Shown: positions 43,727 to 53,946, numbered from the stretch's first letter. The stretch is DNA of 54,095 bases from Deltaproteobacteria bacterium (GCA_034670305.1 JAXMNT010000050.1:1-54095); one strand, 5' to 3'. Made by a program: numbers and translations. Notes: generated by a model not told the origin, from the sequence alone.

Positions 43727-43939
43727 TCAGTTGCAGCCGCAGCCGCCACCGGTACTTCCGTGGCCGCCCGTCGCGCCCTCGCGCGAGTCGTGCACGTGGG
43801 CGCGAAAATGCGTCTCGTTGGTCTCGCGTTCCGAGTCCATGCCCGGACGCGTGAGCGCTTCCCGTTCGTACGGTGCGACGTGCACGCAGCCCGCCGCACA
43901 GAGCAAGAGCGCCGCACCAATGCGCCGGAACGGCCCCAT
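43727..43939 (-). CDS. DUF4266 small lipoprotein
   Basis: GCVHVAPYERE.L ... REGATGG.G..GGGCGCN; start overlaps the upstream TGA (alternative start 43954). Confidence 0.88.
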   Translation of the reverse strand: MGPFRRIGAALLLCAAGCVHVAPYEREALTRPGMDSERETNETHFRAHVHDSREGATGGHGSTGGGCGCN

Positions 43940-45807
43940 CAATCGAGAAGCCATCGAATGGCCGCGACCACCGGGTCGAGCACGGATCGCACGACGGCGC
44001 GCGCGTCCTCTTCGTCCCGGATCCAGTCGGCGGCGATCGGCCCGAAGCGCTCGTAGAGTTTCACGGCGCCCCGGCCGGCGGCGTGGTTGCGCAAGTGGCG
44101 GTCGCGGAACCGGCGCAGCACGCCGATCTCCTCGGCCATCGGAGAGCCGTAGGTCGCGGTCGCGACGAAACACGGCGACACCGTCGTGAAGATGATCTCG
44201 GTCGTCTCGATCTCGGCCGTGACCACGTCTCCCGCGACACCGCAGCTGTCGGTGGCTCGAAGCCCGACGTAGTAGACCGTCTGCGGCATGAGGTGGCCGA
44301 GCGCGACCTCGACTCGGTCTCCGGCTTCGCCATCGTGCGGCACGACGACCGCCTCCTCGGCGAGCCCGGCGATCTTGGCTTCTACGCCCCAGCTGCCGAA
44401 GTCCATGCCCTCGGTGAACGGTTCGGTCGCGACCCGAAGCGCGTAGTGGCGCACGCCGCGCCGGCTCTCGGGCACGTCGAATCGAACGTTGGCGTATACC
44501 CAACTCGAGTCCGGGTCGAGTTCGACCTCGTAGTTCTGGATCGCGCCCGGCCGCACCTCGAGCTCGCACAGACCGACGCACATCGCGTCGTCGTTGCACA
44601 CGAGGTCGCCCATGCACGGGCGGGTGTCGTCGCACCCCTCGAAACAACCGGGCGGGGGGTCGGGGCTGCCGCAGACGTTCATCGGCAAGACGAACACGCG
44701 AACGCGGCTGTCGTCGCTGCCCTGTGCGAAGAGCCGGTCGGCACCGCTGCCGGTCGCGCCGTCGGGATCGTCGCTGATGGTTCCGTCCATCGGGTGCACG
44801 TCGCCGTCCTCGCCGTGGATCGATCCGTACCCAAGCGGCGTGGTGGCGGTCCAGGTTCCGCCGGTGCGGCTCAACGTGAACTCGACGGCGTAGAGCACAG
44901 AGGGTTGGCCGCGGTAGGGGTAGCCGAACGTCTCGGCCCACGAGTCCCACTGGGGTCGACCGAGCGGGGTCGGAAAGCGCTCCGGGTCCCAGTTGTCGTT
45001 GTAGTCGCCTTCGACGTTCACCTCGACATACATGACGTAGTCGCCGTCTGGCACGTCGTCGGCGGGCGCGAAGTGAAGGGTGCGGGTCGCGCCGCCGGCC
45101 AAGGTGGCCATGGTCACCGCATCGATGTCCGGCATCACTTCGCGGACGTGCGGAATGAACTCGAGCACGTCGGGGTGGTCGGCGCCGCGGAGCTCCGGGA
45201 CATCGCGGCGTGGCGGGTAGAGCGAGTCCATGTCGAGCGCGCGCATGGTGTCCATCGCGCCCCCTTCGGTCTCGAAGGGTTCGGCGTAGCCCGCGCTCAT
45301 GTCTTCGGCCGTGATGAATCGGCCCTTGTCGCTGTTGAAGACGTTCGCGCTCGCACAGCTCACCGCATCGAGCGCGTCCCTCGAGCTCGCGGACGAGTTG
45401 AAGGACAGACAGTAGTAGTCGTCGGGCGACGCGTCGTTCGAGGTTCGCGAGGCGAGGCCTTCCGACCTGCGGTCCTGGAAGATCACCCGCTTGAACGGGA
45501 CCGAAGCCGCGGCGCGCCGGTGGGCCCAGATCGGCAGGACGCCTTCTCGGCGGCCGTAGGGCCAGTGAAACCCGCTGTTCATCTGCAGTGCGCCGGGCCG
45601 GTTGCCGATGCCTCGAAGCGCGGTCGCTTCGGTCAGGCGCAGCGTCTGGACGAACTCACCGTCGGCCGTCTCGAGCCAGATCGCGATCTGTGCCCGTTCG
45701 GCCGGCGTGAAGGTGACCTCGACGACCCGTTGCGCACGGGCAGGGGCGACGTCGAGCACTGCAAGCAAAACGAGCGAAAGAGCCAGTACAGACGGGCGCC
45801 AGCGCAT
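43939..45807 (-). CDS. Exported protein: DUF2271-like N-terminus, FN3-like domain, CFI-box-CTERM tail
   Basis: Signal peptide (PARA|Q); QIAIWLETADGEFVQTL; HLMPQTVYYVGLRATD; CFVATATYGS......LRRFRD..L ... LYERFGP. Confidence 0.75.
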   Translation of the reverse strand: MRWRPSVLALSLVLLAVLDVAPARAQRVVEVTFTPAERAQIAIWLETADGEFVQTLRLTEATALRGIGNRPGALQMNSGFHWPYGRREGVLPIWAHRRAAASVPFKRVIFQDRRSEGLASRTSNDASPDDYYCLSFNSSASSRDALDAVSCASANVFNSDKGRFITAEDMSAGYAEPFETEGGAMDTMRALDMDSLYPPRRDVPELRGADHPDVLEFIPHVREVMPDIDAVTMATLAGGATRTLHFAPADDVPDGDYVMYVEVNVEGDYNDNWDPERFPTPLGRPQWDSWAETFGYPYRGQPSVLYAVEFTLSRTGGTWTATTPLGYGSIHGEDGDVHPMDGTISDDPDGATGSGADRLFAQGSDDSRVRVFVLPMNVCGSPDPPPGCFEGCDDTRPCMGDLVCNDDAMCVGLCELEVRPGAIQNYEVELDPDSSWVYANVRFDVPESRRGVRHYALRVATEPFTEGMDFGSWGVEAKIAGLAEEAVVVPHDGEAGDRVEVALGHLMPQTVYYVGLRATDSCGVAGDVVTAEIETTEIIFTTVSPCFVATATYGSPMAEEIGVLRRFRDRHLRNHAAGRGAVKLYERFGPIAADWIRDEEDARAVVRSVLDPVVAAIRWLLD

Positions 45808-45921
45808 AGGAGCGCATCTTACCGACCCGAGGCGGGTGCCGCCACCTGAAGAGGAACGGGAATTCTCTCGTGGCTGGCGGGCCCACTGGAACTTTGGGGC
45901 GCGGCTGAACACTATGTCCCC

Positions 45922-47988
45922 ATGTGGAGATTCGTCGGGGTGGGTGTGATCGGGCTCTGGGCGTGCTTCGGGTCGGTGGCCCACGCCTTCTGCGGGTTCT
46001 ACGTCGCGGGGGCGGAGCAGCCGCTCTACAACGACGCGACCATGGTGGTGCTCTTGCGCGAGGGCACCCACACCGTGCTCTCGATGCGGAACGACTACCG
46101 CGGACCGCCCGAGAACTTCGCGATGGTGGTCCCGGTGCCGGAGGTCTTGTCCGAGGACGACGTGCGGACGTTGGACAGCGACGTGTTCGACCGGGTCGAC
46201 CGACTCGCTTCGCCGCGGCTCGTCGAATACTGGGAACAAGACCCCTGCCAGGAGGGGGGCATCGGCGATCTCGTCGGGGGCAGCATCGGCTTCGGCGGAC
46301 TCGGCCTGCGTGGCACCGGTCGGGGGGGCGGTGGCACCGGTGTGACGATCGAAGCCGAGTTCGCGGTCGGCGAGTACGACATCGTGATCTTGAGCGCGCG
46401 CGACTCGAGCGGACTCGACCGCTGGTTGCGCGCGAACGACTACCGCATCCCGGAAGGCGCCGAAGCGGCGCTCCGGCCGTACGTCGAGGCGGGCACGAAG
46501 TTTTTCGTCGCCAAGGTCGATGTCTCGAAGGTCACCTTCGAAGATGGCCGCGCCGTGCTCAGTCCGCTGCGCATCCACTACGAGAGCGACGAGTTCAGCC
46601 TCCCAGTGCGCCTCGGCATGTTGAACTCGTCCGGCACCCAAGACCTGCTCGTACACATCCTCGCGGACAACCAGCGCTACGAAGTCGCGAACTACCCGAA
46701 CGTCACGATCCCGACGAACCTCGATCTCGAAGACGAAGTGCGCGACCGGTTCGGCGAGGTGTACGCCGCGGTCTTCGACGAGACCCTCCGCCGGAACCCG
46801 GGCTCGGTCGTGACCGAGTACTCGTGGCAAGCCTCGAGCTGTGATCCTTGCCCTGGTGGCACAGGCGGGCTGTCGCAGACCGATCTGGTCACGCTCGGTT
46901 CCGGGGTGGGCGCAGCCGCAGCCGCGGCCCCACCCGCCGCGTCCACGAACTGGGTGTCTCGGGTGCGCCCGGCCGCACCCCGTGTTCAAGGCGGCCTGTC
47001 GCAAGAGGTGGTGCGGCGGGTGACCCGTCGGCACATGAACGAACTCAGGTTCTGCCACCAGCAGGCCTACCAGGGCCAACCGACCACGGCGGCCGGGGTC
47101 TCGCTCGAGGTGTCCTACATCGTCGACCCGCAGGGGCGGGTGCAGGCCGCCGTTCCAGACGAGCGCGGACCCGCACCGCCCGCGTTTCGCAGTTGTGTGG
47201 CGCAAGCATTTCGTCGGTGGACCTTCCCCGCCCCGACCAACGCGGGCGTGGTGCAGATTCGACAACGCCTCGCCTTTCAACCCCAAGCGGGCGGCGGCGG
47301 CTTCGGCACGTTGGGTGGCTTCGGAGGACGCGGCTTCGGCCTCGGCACGCCGAAGATCCTGACGCGACTGCATTATCGATACGAAGAAGGCGGGCTCGGC
47401 GAAGACCTGGTCTTCCGGGAGGCCGCTCCGATCGTTGGAGGCCGCGAGCAGCCAGGCGAAGACGGAGAGCTCTCGCAGGTCGCGTCCACCGAGACGTCCA
47501 CCAACAACTTTCAGGCCCGCTACGCGATCCGCCACGAGTGGACCGGGCCCATCGAATGCGACGAACCGAACCGGGGTCGATGGGGCCCCAACCCCCACCC
47601 GCCGGAGAGCGAAGCCCAACCGGGCGAAGACGAGACGGCCCGACGGCTGCGCGTGCTGCGTGCCATCGGCGCGCCGAGCCCGGGGCCGGTGATGGCGGAG
47701 AACATTGCGCTGGCGCCGCGCGGCAACATCCAGCTCTCCGCCGTCCTGGCCAAGCCGGTGCCCGCGCTGCAGATCACGTCGGCCGCGATCCTCGGTGCGG
47801 CCGATGGACAGGACGTCGAGGCGCCCGAAGAAGGAGCGGCGCCGGCCGCCAACCTGGCTTCCGGTGCGCAAACCTCCACGGAGGCGTCGGCGCAGAGCGG
47901 CTGCGGCTGTCGCACGTCGGGCGGTCCGGGCGCGGGTTTGCTGCTCTTGGGTTGGATGGTCTGGGTGCTTCGACGCCGTGTGCGTTGA
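45922..47988 (+). CDS. DUF2330 protein with inserted AgmX/PglI-type (TonB-C-like) domain and MYXO-CTERM tail
   Basis: AHA|FCGFYV, NDY.GP...FAMVVPVP, PRLVEYWEQDPC, VGEYDIVILSA, VTEYSW, LTRLH, NNFQARY; tail GCGC...G...LL...RRR. Confidence 0.88.
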   Translation: MWRFVGVGVIGLWACFGSVAHAFCGFYVAGAEQPLYNDATMVVLLREGTHTVLSMRNDYRGPPENFAMVVPVPEVLSEDDVRTLDSDVFDRVDRLASPRLVEYWEQDPCQEGGIGDLVGGSIGFGGLGLRGTGRGGGGTGVTIEAEFAVGEYDIVILSARDSSGLDRWLRANDYRIPEGAEAALRPYVEAGTKFFVAKVDVSKVTFEDGRAVLSPLRIHYESDEFSLPVRLGMLNSSGTQDLLVHILADNQRYEVANYPNVTIPTNLDLEDEVRDRFGEVYAAVFDETLRRNPGSVVTEYSWQASSCDPCPGGTGGLSQTDLVTLGSGVGAAAAAAPPAASTNWVSRVRPAAPRVQGGLSQEVVRRVTRRHMNELRFCHQQAYQGQPTTAAGVSLEVSYIVDPQGRVQAAVPDERGPAPPAFRSCVAQAFRRWTFPAPTNAGVVQIRQRLAFQPQAGGGGFGTLGGFGGRGFGLGTPKILTRLHYRYEEGGLGEDLVFREAAPIVGGREQPGEDGELSQVASTETSTNNFQARYAIRHEWTGPIECDEPNRGRWGPNPHPPESEAQPGEDETARRLRVLRAIGAPSPGPVMAENIALAPRGNIQLSAVLAKPVPALQITSAAILGAADGQDVEAPEEGAAPAANLASGAQTSTEASAQSGCGCRTSGGPGAGLLLLGWMVWVLRRRVR

Positions 47989-48052
47989 ACGTGCGTCCGA
48001 CGGGTGGGGTTGCGATTCGGGTTGCGGTCGCAGGCGCGTACACTCGGCCGGA

Positions 48053-49849
48053 ATGAGCGTCTGGAAAAGGGGTTGGGTGGCGGCGTCGGTCGCACTCTTG
48101 TGCTTGTCCTCCGTCGACGCGCGCGCCTACTGCGGGCTCTCCGAGGACGGCCACATCGCACCGACCCAGCCCGACGTGGTGCTCGGCGCCTTGGCGAACA
48201 CCACGCTGGTGAACCTGCGACTTCGTGGCGACGCGCGCCGATGGATCGTGCCGGTCGGTGGGCCGGTCGACCGGGTGATTCGAGTCGACGAAGGGATGTT
48301 CGACGCGGCGCTTCGGGTCGGTGCCCCGGTCGCCCAGGAGCAGTGGCAGCGGGACCCCTGCAGTCACCGTCGGCGGTACATCGAGGACGACCCCTTCGCG
48401 ATGGGCGAGCCGATCGTGGCGCCGAACGCAGAGCCGAACGCGGAGCCGGGCGCATCCGACTCAAGCGGCTGGACCCGGCGAGAGCCACCGGCCATCGAGC
48501 CCATTCGGTTCCAGCGGATCCGCCGGGCGCAGGTGGCCGCTTGGATTCGCCGGCAGTCGTTTGCGCCTGCGTTGAAGGAAGCGCTTGTCGCGCACGCCGC
48601 GTCTGGCGGCGAGCTCGTCGTGCTGGATGGCGATGTGGGTCCCGTGCAACTGCGGGTGCGCGAGCCAGCGCCCACCGTTCCGCTGCCGATCGCCAACCTC
48701 TGCAAGTTGCCCGACGCCAACGACCTGCTCGTGCGCGTGCTCGCGGTTTCGGAGCGCTACGCGCCGCGCGGTCGGCCGTCGAACTTCATCCCGACCAACC
48801 TGCTCGTCGATCCCGCTGCGCGTCCCGAGCTCGCCGCGGTGCACGGCTCGGTGGTGGCCCGGATGCGGGCGCTGCGCGAAGGCACGATCGTGACCGAGTA
48901 CGCGGGCCGCACCAGGTGCATTGCATGCGACCAATCGCGAAGTCTCTACGGGCGCGAGTTGGCCTTGCTGGCCGGTGCGTTGCCCGACTCCGCGCGACCG
49001 TGGAGCTCCACGGTGGAGATGGAAGGTCCGCTCACCCACCGAGGCGCCCGCGATCTCGAGCGCTGCCACGCCCGCGCGGCCGCGCTCCGTCCAGCATCTG
49101 CGCGAGGATCCATCTCCGCCAAGCTCGAAGACAACCGGGTCCGGATCGTGGACACCACCTTCCTGTCACCCATGACCGAATGCGTCCGCCAAACGCTCGA
49201 CCGCCAGCGATCCTACATTCATCGCGAGTGGGTAGAGGAGACCATCCAACTGGATTTTCGCGCCACGCCGAACGGTCGCGAGGACCCGTTCGGACTGGGC
49301 CCCGAAGTGTACCACCACACCCTCACTCGGCTGCGGGTTCCACTCGACGACGCGGACCCCGCTCGACTGACCCTCCAGCCAGCGCGTCCCGTCGCAGGCG
49401 GCGACGATCTTCGTGGCCGCGACCCGGTGACGTGGAGCCGGCGGAGCCTCGAGAACGACTTTCGCACCCGCTATTTGGTGCGGCACCCGTGGCCTCGGCC
49501 GCCTACGTGCCCTTACCCCCGTGGCCCCGTGTGGGACGACGTGGCGCCCGAGTCCGGGCCGGTGCTGCCCGGCGCCCCGAGAACCCCAGCGGTTCCAGAG
49601 GCGATCTCCGACGGCCCGATGTCCACGCTCACCGTGACGGACGACCCGCCCCTTCTCGTGCGGACGTTGGCGCGCTCTGAGCCGCGACTGGAAGTCGTCG
49701 TGCCGCCACGCCCGCCGCCGCCGGCGCCCACCCCGGCGCCGGCTGCGGCGCCTGCCGCAAGCCGCACCTGTGCCGCCTCGCAGGGCAAGCCGCACGTCGC
49801 GTTGATCGCGTTCGCGTTCTGGGCCGTCCGGCGCCGCTTCAGAACCTGA
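48053..49849 (+). CDS. Diverged DUF2330 paralogue with MYXO-CTERM-like tail
   Basis: ARA|YCG, EQWQRDPC, IPTNL, VTEYA, LTRLR, NDFRTRY.VRH.W; tail TCAA...hydrophobic...RRR. Confidence 0.75.
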   Translation: MSVWKRGWVAASVALLCLSSVDARAYCGLSEDGHIAPTQPDVVLGALANTTLVNLRLRGDARRWIVPVGGPVDRVIRVDEGMFDAALRVGAPVAQEQWQRDPCSHRRRYIEDDPFAMGEPIVAPNAEPNAEPGASDSSGWTRREPPAIEPIRFQRIRRAQVAAWIRRQSFAPALKEALVAHAASGGELVVLDGDVGPVQLRVREPAPTVPLPIANLCKLPDANDLLVRVLAVSERYAPRGRPSNFIPTNLLVDPAARPELAAVHGSVVARMRALREGTIVTEYAGRTRCIACDQSRSLYGRELALLAGALPDSARPWSSTVEMEGPLTHRGARDLERCHARAAALRPASARGSISAKLEDNRVRIVDTTFLSPMTECVRQTLDRQRSYIHREWVEETIQLDFRATPNGREDPFGLGPEVYHHTLTRLRVPLDDADPARLTLQPARPVAGGDDLRGRDPVTWSRRSLENDFRTRYLVRHPWPRPPTCPYPRGPVWDDVAPESGPVLPGAPRTPAVPEAISDGPMSTLTVTDDPPLLVRTLARSEPRLEVVVPPRPPPPAPTPAPAAAPAASRTCAASQGKPHVALIAFAFWAVRRRFRT

Positions 49850-49986
49850 CGCCCTGGCGGCGGACACCCGGCTTGCGGGCATGGCCACGCTGGCACGCAG
49901 CACACCCATCCTCTGCGATGTCCGAAGAAGAGCCCTGCCGCGTGGTTCGCGACAGGGCTCTTGGCACGCGCTCTGTGGCGCAGGCG

Positions 49987-52900
49987 CTACTCTTCCATGT
50001 AGCCGATCGCTTGCAGCCGTTCGGCCGCTTCGCCCGCGAGGTCGACCGCTTCCGCGGCGGCCGCGCCTTCGCGCGCCCGCACACCTTCTTCGACCAGAGT
50101 GTGCACCAGCGCTTCGACGACCTCTGGTTCGGAGCGCGCGATGTTCTCCTGCTCGCCCGGATCGTTGTCCACTCGGTAGACCTCGACCTGCTCGAGGCCA
50201 CGCGGGTTGTCCTGGTTGGCGGTGATGATCTTCCACTCGTCGGTGCCGCGGCGCTCGCGGACGGACTCGAGCACGTTGCCCTCGTGGCTCTCCTCCGCGT
50301 AGACGCGGTCGGTGCCTTCGAAGATGTCGCCACCCTGCACGCCTTCGGGCACTTCGATGCCGAGCTGCCGGAGCAAGGTCGGCATCAGGTCGACGCTCTG
50401 GGTCCAGTGGCGGATCGTGGTGCCGGCGCGGCGGTTGGCGGGCAGCTTCACGAAGAGCGGGATGCGGATCTGCTCGTCGAAGAGCGTGGTGCCGTGCCAG
50501 AAGCCGCCGTGTTCGCAGAACTCTTCGCCGTGGTCGGCCGTGATGATGATCGTGAGATCGTCGTAGAGGCCGCGGCGTTTGAGGTCTTCGACGAGCGCGC
50601 CGAACTGGGTGTCCCAGTATTCGATCTCGCCGTCGTAGAGCCGCATCAAGCGTGGCGCTTCGGACGGGTCCGGGTGCTGGTTGGCCGCGCGCGAGAAGCC
50701 GCTCCCGTCGTAGGGGTGCGGGTAGTACGGGTCGTGCGGATCCATGTAGCCGACGAAGAAGAACCAAGGCGACGCGTCCGGTGCGGCCGTCTCGCCGTTG
50801 GTCTCGTCGAGCCAGCTCATGATGCGCGCGTTGACGGTCTCGGCGTCGCGGTAGGCGCTGCCGGGCGCGACGTGCCCGAGCTTGGCTTCGATCTTCTCGA
50901 TGACGCGCTTGAGGCTCTGGACCAAGAGCAGCTTGGCCGCTGCGTCGCCGGCGCCGAGCACGAACTCCGGCTCGAGGTACTCGTAGCGATCGAAGCCCTG
51001 ATGGAAGTTGAAGTACGGCGACACGTTGTAGTTCGTGGCGATGCCGCGGGTCTGGTAGCCGGCTTCTTGGAGCGCTTCGGGCATCGTGACGATCTCGCTC
51101 GGGAGCGCGTCGACCTTGGCCATCACGCCGTGGTTGCTCGGCAGCCGGCCGGTGAGGATCGAGGCGAAGCTCGGGCGGGTCCAGCTCGCGTTGGCAAACG
51201 CCATGTCGAACCGGATCGCGTCGTTCGCGAACTCGTCGAGCGCGGGCGTCTCGATCGCGTCGTAGCCGTAGCTCGGAAGGTGGTCGGCGCGCAGGGTGTC
51301 GACGACGATGAAGAGCACGTTGCCGGCGCCTTCGGGCGCGCTGCGCAGCGGCGGTGAGTCGAGCGCTTCGGCCGGATCGCCGATCGCGAAGGTGCCGAGC
51401 GCGAGCGCGCCGCAGAGGCCACCGACGACGACCGGGCTGCCCCAGGCGCGCAGCAGGATCGTGCCCGGCTTCTTGCGCACGACGTACCGGAGCGTGAACG
51501 AGATCGCGAGGTAGAGAAGACCGGCCGCGACCAGGCACGCGACGAGCACGCCGAGCCCCTTGGCGGACTTCCATACCAAGAGCTCCGCGTAGACGTCGCG
51601 GCGGATCCGGAACGCGCCGAGCGCGAACGCGAAGCTCGCCACGAAGAACGCGGTGATGCGCGCGTAGGCGTCGGACTCGGGCATGGCCTTGCGCTGCATG
51701 ATGCGGCCGGACCACGCGAGGACGAGCCCCATGCCGCCGCCCGCGAGCGCGCAGAAGATGCCGTACGCGATCGCGCCGTACGCGACGACGCCGTAGCCGA
51801 TCGTGCCGTTGCCGGAGGCGACCACGACGAGACCTTCGGTCATGCCGATGACCATGCCGGCGAGTGCGCCGGCGCCGAGCCCGATGGTCAGGCCGCGCAG
51901 CCGCTTCGGCCACGCCTCTTCGGGTGCGATCTCGATCGCTTGCAGCGCCTCTTCTTCGCGCGCGACTTCGTCGACTTCGATCTCTGGCGTGTAGTGGTTG
52001 CGCCGGGCGAGGAACACGACGCCGCCGCAGGCGGAGACCGCCATCTCACACGCGAAGCCGACCACCGGGATCAGGATCGCGACCGAGAGCGGCAGACCGA
52101 TGAGCGGGCTCGTGTAGAGCGCGACCGCGGCCGTCTCGCGCAGGCCCATGCCGTTGATGGACGCGGGAATGAGCGTCGCGAAGATCTGGAGCGACGACGC
52201 GAAGAACACGTGTCCGACGCTGAGCTCCACCCCGAGCGCGCGTGCGGCACACACGTAGATGAGGTTGTTGAAGGCGTGCACGCCGACGCCGCAGCCGAGC
52301 GCGTAGGCGAGCAGTTTGCCCTGGCCCTTGTACGCGCTGACCGCATCGACGAGCGTCTGGGTGCGGGCGCGGATCGGGCCGGGGAGAAAACGCGCGACCA
52401 AGTGAAAGAGGGCCGGGCGCGTGAGCAGGAGCAGCGCCGTGCCCACGATGCCGAGGAAGAAGAGGTTCACGACGATGACGCCGTGGGTGCCGAGGAACGC
52501 GAACCCGAAGAACGACGCGCCCATCACGACGATGCCGAAGGCCATCTGTCCGAGCAGCGTCTCGACGCCAATCGTGGCGGTCGCGCGCGCGGTCTTGCCA
52601 GTGTGTTTGGCGACGTCGTAGATGCGCCAGCCGCCGAAGCCGGTGAACCCGCCTGGCGTGAACGCGCCCCAGAAGCGCGCGATCATGATGCTGCCGCCGA
52701 GGAACTTCCACGACGGCCGGATGCCCTGGCCTTTGAGCAGGGCGCGCCAGCGCAAGGTCGCGAAGCAGATGGCCGTCAGCTGCATGCCGATCGCGCCGGC
52801 CACCCAGCCCCAGTGCAGGTTGGCGATGCGGTCGCCGAGATCGTCCGCGCCTTCGCGGCCGAGCACCTTGCCGAAGATGACGTAGAGCATGCCGGCGGTG

Positions 52901-53037
52901 AACGCGATCTTGAGCGCCAGCATCAACCACTTCTTCCACGCCGGCTTCTTCGGGGTGGTGGGTTCGGTGCCGCCGTTGGCCGTGCTGTCGTCGCCCGCAG
53001 CTGCCGCCGCGGTCTCCGTCTTGGAGTCTTCGCTCAT
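49987..53037 (-). CDS. Fusion of LPG-synthase-TM/UPF0104 flippase-like domain and sulfatase-like (alkaline phosphatase superfamily) domain
   Basis: N-terminal RWRALL...FTPG...IPASINGMGLRE; C-terminal VVDTLRADH, SWTRPSFASILTG, YMDPHDPY, YDGEI, TADHGEEF, WHG, IPL, DLMPT. Confidence 0.87.
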   Translation of the reverse strand: MSEDSKTETAAAAAGDDSTANGGTEPTTPKKPAWKKWLMLALKIAFTAGMLYVIFGKVLGREGADDLGDRIANLHWGWVAGAIGMQLTAICFATLRWRALLKGQGIRPSWKFLGGSIMIARFWGAFTPGGFTGFGGWRIYDVAKHTGKTARATATIGVETLLGQMAFGIVVMGASFFGFAFLGTHGVIVVNLFFLGIVGTALLLLTRPALFHLVARFLPGPIRARTQTLVDAVSAYKGQGKLLAYALGCGVGVHAFNNLIYVCAARALGVELSVGHVFFASSLQIFATLIPASINGMGLRETAAVALYTSPLIGLPLSVAILIPVVGFACEMAVSACGGVVFLARRNHYTPEIEVDEVAREEEALQAIEIAPEEAWPKRLRGLTIGLGAGALAGMVIGMTEGLVVVASGNGTIGYGVVAYGAIAYGIFCALAGGGMGLVLAWSGRIMQRKAMPESDAYARITAFFVASFAFALGAFRIRRDVYAELLVWKSAKGLGVLVACLVAAGLLYLAISFTLRYVVRKKPGTILLRAWGSPVVVGGLCGALALGTFAIGDPAEALDSPPLRSAPEGAGNVLFIVVDTLRADHLPSYGYDAIETPALDEFANDAIRFDMAFANASWTRPSFASILTGRLPSNHGVMAKVDALPSEIVTMPEALQEAGYQTRGIATNYNVSPYFNFHQGFDRYEYLEPEFVLGAGDAAAKLLLVQSLKRVIEKIEAKLGHVAPGSAYRDAETVNARIMSWLDETNGETAAPDASPWFFFVGYMDPHDPYYPHPYDGSGFSRAANQHPDPSEAPRLMRLYDGEIEYWDTQFGALVEDLKRRGLYDDLTIIITADHGEEFCEHGGFWHGTTLFDEQIRIPLFVKLPANRRAGTTIRHWTQSVDLMPTLLRQLGIEVPEGVQGGDIFEGTDRVYAEESHEGNVLESVRERRGTDEWKIITANQDNPRGLEQVEVYRVDNDPGEQENIARSEPEVVEALVHTLVEEGVRAREGAAAAEAVDLAGEAAERLQAIGYMEE

Positions 53038-53238
53038 CTCGCCCTCGTTGCCTGTGGGGTGCGCCCGCGGATGCGTGCGCACGTCGTGTTCGCGTGGCCT
53101 TCGCCCAGCCCCGGAACCCTCTTGCGGTTACAGGGCGGGTCTCAGGGGGTCAACTTCCCGGCCACGCGCGTGAAACGGCTCCTGGGAGCGCCCCATTCCC
53201 GACCCAGAGGTGAGGCACACAGAGCCTCTCGAAGCGGG

Positions 53239-53946
53239 CTACTTCCAGGTGAAGCGGAACTCGCACGACTCGTCGCCGGCGGCGAGGCGTTTCTTGCGCG
53301 AGAGCTGCAAGGGCGCTTCGGGTCGGTCGAAGTAAGCGCCGTCGACTTCGCAAAAGAGGGAAGTCAGCTCCGGGGTGCCAGCGGCTCGGCAAAGTTCGAC
53401 GAAACGACAGCTGGTCACGTCGTAGTGCACTTCGGTGCCACGAGGGGACCCCGGTTGGTCCCGGATCGCGACGGTGCCCTCGGCGTTGAAGAAGCGCGCG
53501 ACCCGCTGCACGAGCCGCGACTCGAGCTCGGGGTGGGCGGCTTCTTTCTGGGCGTCGATGTCCCCGAGCAGTTGGCTCAGAAACGCGACCCCACCGACGA
53601 TCACCAGCGCGCGGGTCTGGGCGATCGCCGCCTGACGCCCGAGCTTGGGCCGCAGCGCTCGGTACAGAAGTATCACCGGTGCTGCCTGGGCCCGGCTCAG
53701 CGCGTCGCGTCGATCACGCGGCGAGCCGAGATCCCGGAACGGCTGACCGCGCAGTGCGGCGACCGCAACCGAGGTGAGCACCCGCGCCGCGCCCCGACGT
53801 CCGACGGCCGCGGTGAGGGTCGGCCAGAGCCGGCGCGCGACCGCGGCGGAGGAGCCACGCACTGCTTGGCGAAGGACGGCATCTTCCAGAAGCGGGATGG
53901 AGGTCGGCACAGGGGGAAGCGTCGGACGCGGGGGCGGGGAGGGCAA
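53239..53946 (-). CDS. L-2-amino-thiazoline-4-carboxylate hydrolase-like (4VR-type) protein
   Basis: YDVTSCRF...G.PEL...FC..D ... R..RLA.G...CEFRF. Start uncertain. Confidence 0.8.
   Translation of the reverse strand: MPSPPPRPTLPPVPTSIPLLEDAVLRQAVRGSSAAVARRLWPTLTAAVGRRGAARVLTSVAVAALRGQPFRDLGSPRDRRDALSRAQAAPVILLYRALRPKLGRQAAIAQTRALVIVGGVAFLSQLLGDIDAQKEAAHPELESRLVQRVARFFNAEGTVAIRDQPGSPRGTEVHYDVTSCRFVELCRAAGTPELTSLFCEVDGAYFDRPEAPLQLSRKKRLAAGDESCEFRFTWK

Noticed and set aside
45808-47871. 1310-aa version of the ORF 43939-47871
   Set aside because: The upstream 688 codons are the antisense shadow of the DUF2330 gene; a signal peptide begins at ATG 45807.
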